Shown here: piece after piece, positions 19,220 through 26,517 of the stretch
Numbering within the stretch: the first letter of the stretch is position 1
Layout: each line of letters opens with the position of its first letter
Assembly (NCBI GenBank): GCA_038230375.1
Contig: JBBRNJ010000004.1
Location: forward strand, 32,001-96,000
DNA: 64,000 bases
Source: Polyangiales bacterium
Lineage (GTDB): Bacteria; Myxococcota_A; Polyangia; Polyangiales; Polyangiaceae
Reading direction: 5' to 3'
Notes under the pieces: model-generated
What the model was told of the DNA's origin: nothing
The model's input: only the letters and a program-made list of their open reading frames with translations
The model's database searches: none
Translations under genes and position numbers: made by a program

Positions 19220-20276
19220 CGTCGCCGCCCTTAACGTACGTCTTTCGCAGATGCAGGGCGATGAGCTTCAGCTCCTTGTCCTCGCACTCGAGGCCGTTGT
19301 CGACCATGCGCGAGAGCAGCGCGTCGACCGCCTTCTTCGTCTTCGGCGGCTTCTTCTCGAGCTCGTCGAGCTCGTGGCACTGGGTGCACTTCTCGGAGAT
19401 GAGCTTCTGGGCCGCGGCGGCGTCGAACGGCTCGTCTGCGGGCGAGTCCTTCTTGAGCGTGGCCTTGGCGGCCATCTGCGCCTTCTTCATCTCCATGTCC
19501 ATGGCGCGCTTCTTCGCGGCGCTGGCCTGGAGCTCGGGGGAGATCGCGATGAGATAGGCCGCGACCTGGAACTGCTCCTCCTCCGTGATCTCCTGCGTGA
19601 GCGTGGGCTTGTCCGCCATGCGCGTCACGGTCTGCACCCAGTCCTGCGGCGCGCGCGGGCGCACGAGGATTGTCTTCAGGTCGTGGCACTGCACGCACTC
19701 GCTGAGCAGCACGCGGCGACCCGCCTTGAGCGACTCCACCGTGGAGAGCTTGTCGAGCGGCGCCTCCTTCGGGAAGCCCGCCTCTGGCAGGTTCTTTTTC
19801 AGGCGCTCGAGATTCTGTGCACTATACACATTCCCGCCGACGACCTTGCTGGCGAAGTGGCGCTCCTTGAACGTGAACGGGAGCGACAGACCGAGCAGGA
19901 GCACCGTGCAGAAGAGGAGCATCGTACCCAGGTAGGGCATCCACTCTTCCAGGTGGCGGAAGAACCGGATGATCGAGATCTTCACGATCAGGATGAAGCC
20001 GATGGTGAGGCCCAGGATGATGTGAGCCACCGTCCGCGGCGGAAACTCCACCTGGTAGGTCCACATGCGCGGCACCATCATGTACATCGTGGCGATGTAG
20101 ACGCCCACGTAGAGGAACCCGAGGATCCGGTGGAGGATCATCAGGCCCTTCGGTGCCGCGCTCGTGCGCGTGGCCTTGTCGAAGGGGTAGCCCCACAGGT
20201 GGAACATCAAGAAGACGGTCGAGAGCCCGAGGACAAGGAAGGCAATCCCGAGCCCGGTGGTGATGGTCGTATTCAT
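19176..20276 (-). CDS. Membrane protein with about four TM helices and two c-type heme motifs
   Basis: His-containing TM region (ILHRILG, VAHIILG); CVQCH and CTQCH. Confidence 0.8.
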   Translation of the reverse strand: MNTTITTGLGIAFLVLGLSTVFLMFHLWGYPFDKATRTSAAPKGLMILHRILGFLYVGVYIATMYMMVPRMWTYQVEFPPRTVAHIILGLTIGFILIVKISIIRFFRHLEEWMPYLGTMLLFCTVLLLGLSLPFTFKERHFASKVVGGNVYSAQNLERLKKNLPEAGFPKEAPLDKLSTVESLKAGRRVLLSECVQCHDLKTILVRPRAPQDWVQTVTRMADKPTLTQEITEEEQFQVAAYLIAISPELQASAAKKRAMDMEMKKAQMAAKATLKKDSPADEPFDAAAAQKLISEKCTQCHELDELEKKPPKTKKAVDALLSRMVDNGLECEDKELKLIALHLRKTYVKGGDDAQKPKPTDPDSEE

Positions 20277-20288
20277 TCTCGAAGTTCC

Positions 20289-20894
20289 TCAGATCTTCCG
20301 TGCGCGGTACTGCTGCTTGTACGGCTCTTTGTACTGGTCGTGGCAGGCCTTGCACTGCTTCTTGGCTGCTGCGGCGTCGCCGCCCTTCGCGAGCTCCGCG
20401 CCCTTCTGCGCGATGCTTCGCCACTGCCAGCCACCGTTCGGTGAGAGCGCAGACGCGCGCGTGAACGCTGCGGTGAGCTCCTCTGGTGTCTTGGCCGAGC
20501 CCATGGTGCCGCGCATGAACTTCTGCATGGGGCAGGGGTTCGCGCGATCACCGCATGCGGCATCACCGCCACCTGCGTTCGCGACGACGGGCTTCGGTTT
20601 CGCGGCTCCGCCATCACCCTTGTGCGCGACGGCCGTGGCGCCGCCTTCTTGCGCGCCCCCATCGCCCATGTCAGCGACGACAGGAGGGTCCACCGGTGCA
20701 ACGCTGGCAGCCGGCCCAGGCTCGATCTCGTCCTTCGGCGGCGGCTTGGGTGCGGGCGGAAGCGCGACGGTGCTCGGGTCGGAGACCTCGGAGACCGGCG
20801 GGCACGACTGGTTCTGCCCGCTGAGGTACGCGCACGCGGACACCCCGGTGAGCGTCACGAACAGAAGGAAGACGTTGCGAGCGTTGCGAATCAT
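20289..20894 (-). CDS. Exported mono-heme cytochrome c (cytochrome c'-like C-terminal CxxCH)
   Basis: VSAC lipobox-like signal; helical domain ending in CKACH. Confidence 0.75.
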   Translation of the reverse strand: MIRNARNVFLLFVTLTGVSACAYLSGQNQSCPPVSEVSDPSTVALPPAPKPPPKDEIEPGPAASVAPVDPPVVADMGDGGAQEGGATAVAHKGDGGAAKPKPVVANAGGGDAACGDRANPCPMQKFMRGTMGSAKTPEELTAAFTRASALSPNGGWQWRSIAQKGAELAKGGDAAAAKKQCKACHDQYKEPYKQQYRARKI

Positions 20895-20915
20895 GCGGTC
20901 CTCGTTCACTTGCCC

Positions 20916-21938
20916 CTATTTCACAGCCCGCGAGCGGTAGCTGGCCTTCCACGACGGCTTGTAGGCCTCGTGGCAACCCTTGCACGATTTCCGGGCGGCG
21001 CTCATGTCACCCTGACGCGCGAACTCGGCGCCCGTCTTCGCGATCTCTGCCCAGCGCCACGAGCCGTCGGGCGAGAACGTTGCGACGCGATCGAGCGCGC
21101 GCGCCAGTGCCTGCGTGTCGTTGGCGGTGATGGCCGTCGCGATGTTCGAGCGCATCCACCGCTGGAGCGGGCACGGATTGAGCTTCGTGCCGCACGGCCC
21201 TGCAGACACGGGCGCAGTCGGCGGCTTCGTCGGCGGCTTCACGCCAGTGGGCGCGGTGTTGGCGGGAGCTGTCGGGATCGGGGGCGGAGTGATCGCGGTT
21301 GCGATGGTGCTGACGGGCGGCGGGGGCGCCTTCACGATGCGAACGTCCGGCGCGGGGCTCTCGCGCCAGTCGCTCAGGAAGGCGAACTCGGGCGGGTCAC
21401 CGTGGCACGTGCCGCAGTCGTGGTCCTTGCCGTCGGTGCGCTTCAGACGACCGACGAACTCGTTCGACATGAACTCGGCGACCTTGTCCTTGTCGCGGCG
21501 GTCCAGCATGAAGAGCGCGCCGTTGTGACAGCTGTCGCAATAGAGGAGGTCGCCGTTGTCGTAGGCAAGGCCACGCACGATGTCGTTCCACATGCGCTTC
21601 GCGACGCGCTTGCGGCGAGTGTCGGCGCGGAAGTCGGGATCGGAGTGGCAGCCGCTGCAGGGGATGCCGAGCGCGGTGTTGAACGTCTCCATGACGAGCA
21701 GGCGCTGGCTCTTGTCGAGCTGCTCGAGCGGAGGGAGCTTCTTCGGATCGAGCCCGACAGAGGCGAGCGCGTCCGCCATGCGCGTGGGCGAGATCGGGCG
21801 CATCTCGCCTTTGCCGCGGATCGAGAACGGGCGGCTCGGCGTGCGTGCGATCGTCGCGGGCGCCGGAGCGCCACACGCCGCGAGGAGAAACGACAGCGCG
21901 AGCATCGCGAACAGCGCGTAGGTGAGCCTCTTCCCCAT
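20916..21938 (-). CDS. Tetraheme cytochrome c lipoprotein
   Basis: LAAC lipobox; CSGCH, CDSCH, CGTCH, CKGCH. Confidence 0.85.
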   Translation of the reverse strand: MGKRLTYALFAMLALSFLLAACGAPAPATIARTPSRPFSIRGKGEMRPISPTRMADALASVGLDPKKLPPLEQLDKSQRLLVMETFNTALGIPCSGCHSDPDFRADTRRKRVAKRMWNDIVRGLAYDNGDLLYCDSCHNGALFMLDRRDKDKVAEFMSNEFVGRLKRTDGKDHDCGTCHGDPPEFAFLSDWRESPAPDVRIVKAPPPPVSTIATAITPPPIPTAPANTAPTGVKPPTKPPTAPVSAGPCGTKLNPCPLQRWMRSNIATAITANDTQALARALDRVATFSPDGSWRWAEIAKTGAEFARQGDMSAARKSCKGCHEAYKPSWKASYRSRAVK

Positions 21939-22105
21939 GTTCAGCCCAGGTACGTTACTGGGAATCGTGCTCGAACGGTGCGCGAAACCGCACCTTTTGG
22001 CTGGTCGAGACGATCAGAAAGCGCGCTTTGCGTGCTGGGACCCGTAAGGTAAGCTCCCGGCGCGCGTTGTTCGAAGAGAACCTGCGTACAACAAGGAGCT
22101 TCATC

Positions 22106-22969
22106 GTGAACCACCCCGGAAAAATCTTCTGTCTTGCCGCTCTCGGCGCGTCTCTCGTCTCAGGAGTCGCGGGGTGTGGAGGTGACAAGAAAGCCGATCC
22201 CGCGACCGCGAACAACGCGGCGACCCAGCCGGGCCAGCCGGGCTATCAGCCGCAGCCGGGGTACCAGCCGCAGCCGGGCGGACAGCCGGGATACCAGCCG
22301 CAGCCGGGCGCGCAGCCGGGCTATCAGCCGCAGCCGGGCGCGCAGCCGGGATACCAGCCGCAGCCGGGCGCGCAGCCGGGTTATCAGCCGCAGCCGGGCG
22401 CGCAGCCGGGTTATCAGCCGCAGCCGGGCGCGCAGCCGGGATACCAGCCGCAGCCGGGCGGGCAGCCGCAGCCAGGCGCACAGCCGGGCGGATTCCCGGG
22501 CATGCCGAGCGCACCTCCCGCAGGTGCTGGTGGTGGTACCGCCCAGGCGCTCGATCCGAACGTGGCCATGGTCGCGACGACCGCGCTCGCGACGATCGCG
22601 AACACGCAGGCCCCGGGCATGGCCCGCGACGGCAACACGCTCGCCGGCAACTTCACGCCGACCCAGACGCTGTCCATGGGGTTCACGATCCAGCCGGGCA
22701 AGTGCTACACGGTCGTCGCTGCTGGCGTCGGTCCTGGCATGCAGGTCGACATCACGGCGCAGGCCTCGGGCCCCGTCGCGATCCCCGGCTTCAACCCGCA
22801 GTTCGGCGCAGCGCAAGGCAAGCCGAGCCCCACGGGCTCGCAGGCGATCCTCGGCGGCGGCGCGAACTGCATCAAGCTCGCGCTCTCCCCCATCCCGATC
22901 CAGGCGACCTACGTCATCACGGTGTCAAAGGGCTCCGGGATGGTCGCGGCGCAGCTCTACTCGAAGTGA
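22106..22969 (+). CDS. Lipoprotein with QPGYQPQPGA repeats and a C-terminal beta-sandwich-like domain
   Basis: GTG start with AGGAG RBS; VAGC lipobox; 30-bp tandem repeats at about 22226-22490. Confidence 0.8.
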   Translation: MNHPGKIFCLAALGASLVSGVAGCGGDKKADPATANNAATQPGQPGYQPQPGYQPQPGGQPGYQPQPGAQPGYQPQPGAQPGYQPQPGAQPGYQPQPGAQPGYQPQPGAQPGYQPQPGGQPQPGAQPGGFPGMPSAPPAGAGGGTAQALDPNVAMVATTALATIANTQAPGMARDGNTLAGNFTPTQTLSMGFTIQPGKCYTVVAAGVGPGMQVDITAQASGPVAIPGFNPQFGAAQGKPSPTGSQAILGGGANCIKLALSPIPIQATYVITVSKGSGMVAAQLYSK

Positions 22970-22985
22970 TCCCACAAGGAGCCCC

Positions 22986-23762
22986 ATGAAACTCGGAACT
23001 GCCTTCGGCTGCGCAACGCTCGCTCTCGCCTTCGTCTCCTCAGGATGCGGAGGCGACAAGAAGCCGGCAACCCCGCCGCCGAATGGCAGTGCCACGCCAC
23101 CCAACAACGGCATGCCCAACAACGGCGCGCCCAACAACGGCATGCCCAACAACGGCGCACCCAACAACGGCATGCCCAACAACGGCGCGCCCAACAACGG
23201 CATGCCCAACAACGGCGGCCCGAACAACCCGCCACCGCCGAACAACGGAGGTGCGTGGAACAACAACCCGCCGCCGCCCAACACGGGCGCGCCCAACAAT
23301 CCGCCGCCGCCCGCGAACACGGGCAACATGGCGCAGCAGATCGATCCGAACGTCGCGATGGTCGCGCAGACCGCGCTGGCAACATTCGCGAGCACCGCGC
23401 TGCAGCCGGGCATGGTCCGCGAGGGCAACACGCTCGCCGGCAACTTCACGCCGACCCAGACGCTGTCCATGCCGTTCACGATCGCGCCCGGCAAGTGCTA
23501 CTCGATTGTCGCCGCGGGCGTGGGCCCCGGGATGGAAGTGGACATCACGGCGCAGGCCTCGGGCCCCGTCGCGATCCCGGGCTTCAATCCGCAGTTCGGT
23601 GCGGCGAAGGGCAAGCCGAGCCCCACGGGCTCCACGGCCGTGCTCGGTGAGAAGGCGAACTGCATCAAGCTCGCGCTCTCGCCCATCCCGATCCAGGCGA
23701 CCTACGTCATCACCGTGAGCAAGGGCTCCGGCATGGTCGCAGCGCAGCTCTTCTCGAAGTGA
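22986..23762 (+). CDS. Tandem paralog lipoprotein with PNNG(M/A) repeats
   Basis: AGGAG RBS; SSGC lipobox; C-terminal domain nearly identical to that of the upstream gene. Confidence 0.8.
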   Translation: MKLGTAFGCATLALAFVSSGCGGDKKPATPPPNGSATPPNNGMPNNGAPNNGMPNNGAPNNGMPNNGAPNNGMPNNGGPNNPPPPNNGGAWNNNPPPPNTGAPNNPPPPANTGNMAQQIDPNVAMVAQTALATFASTALQPGMVREGNTLAGNFTPTQTLSMPFTIAPGKCYSIVAAGVGPGMEVDITAQASGPVAIPGFNPQFGAAKGKPSPTGSTAVLGEKANCIKLALSPIPIQATYVITVSKGSGMVAAQLFSK

Positions 23763-24160
23763 GCGAACTTCCGGGGCAGAGCAGCATTCTCTTGCACGAG
23801 TCGCCACGCGCGGATGGCTCGTTCGAGCGCGTGATGCTCGAACACGGCGACGACGGACTCGCGCTCAAGGACGACGCGGGCGTGCATCCTCTTCCCGAGG
23901 GCGCGCTTGCGGCCGTCATGAAACGCTATGGAAAGCCGCTCGAAAGCGCACTGCCGAGGGGCGAGGAGGTGCTGACGATCGGTGAAGGCGAGCGGCTCGT
24001 TCGCTTCCGGCACAAGTCGATCTTCGACGTGATCGGCAAGGACTACATCGCGTACGAAGCGACGGGAGAAGAGACGCTGGCGGAGCTGGCAACAGCGGTG
24101 ACCGCAGCGCTGAGCCACCTCGCGAAGGCGTACCAGAAGACGAACGTAGCCCCGACGTAG
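23759..24160 (+). CDS. Hypothetical protein
   Basis: GTGA overlap with the upstream stop; typical codon usage. Confidence 0.65.
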   Translation: MSELPGQSSILLHESPRADGSFERVMLEHGDDGLALKDDAGVHPLPEGALAAVMKRYGKPLESALPRGEEVLTIGEGERLVRFRHKSIFDVIGKDYIAYEATGEETLAELATAVTAALSHLAKAYQKTNVAPT

Positions 24161-24256
24161 ACCTCGACCTCGACCTCGACCTCGACCTCGACCTCGACCT
24201 CGACCTCGACCTCGACCTCGACCTCGACCTCGACCTCGACCTCGACCTCGACCTCG
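24161..24256 (+). repeat. (ACCTCG)16 perfect microsatellite, array B
   Basis: 16 perfect units start right after the TAG stop at 24160. Confidence 0.98.
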
Positions 24257-24326
24257 ACCTCCAACCTCCACCTGGGACGGCAGGGAAAAACGCAGCCTCG
24301 CGGAAGAGGTAGGGTATGCTGCCGGC

Positions 24327-25139
24327 ATGGCGACGACCCCCGCACACTCCGACCACGAGCTACTCACCGCGTTCGCATCCAAGGACTACGGCGTGTACTC
24401 GGCCGCCGAGGAGGAGCTCGAGGAATGGTTCGCGGCGAACCAGGCAGAAGGTCTCGCGCGCGCGACCGCGCTGTGTGAGCTTGCGCTGACGCCCACCTTC
24501 GCCACGAGCCGTGAGCGGGCCGGTTACTCCGCGCTGCCGCTTCTCGCGCGCGCGCTGCCAGCAGGGGGCGAGCTTCCGGCGAAGTGGGATCCGCTCGTGA
24601 CGGCGTTCGGCGCCGAGGACGATCTGCGGCTCGTGCTCCTGGCGATCCCGGCTGCGCGCCGCACGGCGATCCTCTCGCGCGAGATCAAGAAGGGCGAGGC
24701 GAACGCCATCGCGCGCATCGCGGAGGACCTCCTGGACCTCGCGCCGGAATGCACCACCGCGATCTTGGCGCACTTCGAGAAGCGCGGCGAGCTCGCCACG
24801 GCCCTGCGCTGGGCCGCACTCACGGACTGGGCGCAGAAACTCCCGCAGGTGTCGGCGATCTTGAAGGACCACGCGGGGCGCGCCGAGAAGGCCGCGCCGA
24901 AGAAGGCCGCGCCGAAGAAGGCCGCACCGAAGAAGGCTGCACCGAAGAAGGCCGCGCCGAAGAAGGCCGCACCGAAGAAGGCCGCACCGAAGAAGGCCGC
25001 ACCGAAGAAGGCCGCACCGAAGAAGGCCGCACCGAAGAAGGCCGCACCGAAGAAGAAGGCCGCACCGAAGAAGAAGGCCGCACCGAAGAAGGCCGTACCG
25101 AAGAAGGCTGCCAAGAAGCCCACGAAGAAGAAGCGCTGA
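24327..25139 (+). CDS. Protein with a histone H1-like (KKAAP)n C-terminal tail
   Basis: About 14 KKAAP-type units from a 15-bp DNA repeat at about 24886-25110; helical N-terminal domain. Confidence 0.75.
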   Translation: MATTPAHSDHELLTAFASKDYGVYSAAEEELEEWFAANQAEGLARATALCELALTPTFATSRERAGYSALPLLARALPAGGELPAKWDPLVTAFGAEDDLRLVLLAIPAARRTAILSREIKKGEANAIARIAEDLLDLAPECTTAILAHFEKRGELATALRWAALTDWAQKLPQVSAILKDHAGRAEKAAPKKAAPKKAAPKKAAPKKAAPKKAAPKKAAPKKAAPKKAAPKKAAPKKAAPKKKAAPKKKAAPKKAVPKKAAKKPTKKKR

Positions 25140-25146
25140 CGCGCGC

Positions 25147-25584
25147 TCAGTGCGGCGGAGGCACCGGCGTGTGGAACGACGCGGTGCAGTCCTTCTCCAC
25201 GTACGGAAAATCCACGACGTCGCCCTTCCAGCCGACAGCGGCCGCTGCTGCCTCGTGACGGCCACGGACCTCCCATGAGTGCGGCTCGGCGATCACGACA
25301 CCGAGCGTGCCGTCACCGAACTCGATGACCTGCGCGTCGGGGAACCGCTTCGTGATCTCATCCAGGAGCGCGCCCGGCGGCTGACCGGTGCCCCGGAAGC
25401 CGAGATACGTCATCGACCCACCCTTGCACGACGTGCTCTTCACGATCTTCGTCGTGGACGTCGCAACCACACTCGACGTGGCGCTCGGCGCGGCTGAGGG
25501 CGCCGCCTTCGGATCGGCAGACGTCTGCGCGCAGCCGACGACGACGAGGAGGACCGGGAAAAGGAGCATGAAGAAGCGGGGCAC
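25147..25584 (-). CDS. Hypothetical lipoprotein
   Basis: VVGC lipobox. Confidence 0.7.
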   Translation of the reverse strand: MPRFFMLLFPVLLVVVGCAQTSADPKAAPSAAPSATSSVVATSTTKIVKSTSCKGGSMTYLGFRGTGQPPGALLDEITKRFPDAQVIEFGDGTLGVVIAEPHSWEVRGRHEAAAAAVGWKGDVVDFPYVEKDCTASFHTPVPPPH

Positions 25585-25659
25585 AACCGGGAGGGTAACA
25601 CGCGGCGCACAAACAAACCTGACATAAGGGTGACATATGGGCCCGGTAAGGTCACCGGA

Positions 25660-26475
25660 ATGAACGCTCTACACATCGACACGATCTCGACGAAAACCTC
25701 GACTTCGACCCCGACCCCGACCCCGACCTCGACCCCGACCCCGACCTCGACCTCGACCTCGACCCCTTCTCTCGTCCTTTGTGAGCTTGGGGCTTCGACG
25801 GAGCCTGGGCTCGAGTCTCATTCTCCTTTTTGCCTCAAGGTCCATCGTGCGCTCAAGGCGGCAGGGCTGTCGTACTCGTCGCGGCGAGGTGGGCGGCCGG
25901 CGGCGTTCGTGAAGCTCAATCCTCGGGCGCAGGTTCCGGTGCTGCTGGTGGACGGTCGGCCGATCGTCGACTCGTCCGCGATCCTCGCATACATCGTGGA
26001 CGCGCGACCGGGGACGATCTCGGCGACGGCCGAGGAGTGGCTCATCGAGGACTGGGCCGACACGTCCCTGAACGGGTTTCTCGTCGCGTCGCGATGGGCC
26101 GACGATCGCAACTGGGAGCGCGTGCGCCAGGCCTACTTCGGTGAGGCTCCGTGGTTCGTCCGCGCGCTCATCGTGCCGATGCTTCGCCGCAAGGTGATCT
26201 CCGCGCTCGTTGCGCGCGATGTGTGGCGCGGTGGCGCGGAGGCATGCTGGTCATCGTTCGAAAGAACACTGGACCGGCTCGACACGCGTGTGCGACGTCA
26301 TGAATTCTTCTCGGGACCGCGCCTCTCCGTCGCGGACCTGGGCATCTTCGGGCAGCTGCACGGACTGCGAAACGCGCTCACGCCGTGGCAACGCGATGCG
26401 ATCGCTGGGCGCCCCGGCCTTTTTCGGTACCTGGAACGAGTTCACGCGGCGACACATGAAAGTGCCGCCGCGTGA
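25660..26475 (+). CDS. Glutathione S-transferase-like protein
   Basis: SPFCLKV, NPRAQVPVL, DSSAI, and LSVADLGIFGQL motifs; N-terminal STSTPT insert. Confidence 0.85.
   Translation: MNALHIDTISTKTSTSTPTPTPTSTPTPTSTSTSTPSLVLCELGASTEPGLESHSPFCLKVHRALKAAGLSYSSRRGGRPAAFVKLNPRAQVPVLLVDGRPIVDSSAILAYIVDARPGTISATAEEWLIEDWADTSLNGFLVASRWADDRNWERVRQAYFGEAPWFVRALIVPMLRRKVISALVARDVWRGGAEACWSSFERTLDRLDTRVRRHEFFSGPRLSVADLGIFGQLHGLRNALTPWQRDAIAGRPGLFRYLERVHAATHESAAA
25696..25766 (+). repeat. (NNCGAC)n hexamer array C
   Basis: ctcgac/ttcgac/cccgac units in frame in the GST N-terminus. Confidence 0.95.
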
Positions 26476-26517
26476 CCACCCGCGCCTGGTCCCCCTTCGG
26501 GGATCACGAAGCGTCGC

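Noticed and set aside
20916..21938. Photosynthesis gene (pufC)
   Set aside because: The resemblance is fold-level only; there are no pufLM or bch genes in the window.
22134..23762. 542-aa ORF suggesting a fusion or frameshift between the two repeat lipoproteins
   Set aside because: The upstream part is an off-frame read of the QPG repeat. The second gene has its own AGGAG RBS, ATG at 22986 and lipobox.
24161..24256. Hexamer arrays as CRISPR arrays
   Set aside because: The unit is 6 bp with no unique spacers, and there are no cas genes in the window.
23702..24382. Minus-strand ORFs with GRGRGR, RSRSRS or VEVEVE tracts (also near 15004, 32951, 58663-59785)
   Set aside because: These are translations of the stop-free microsatellite in shadow frames overlapping better-supported genes.
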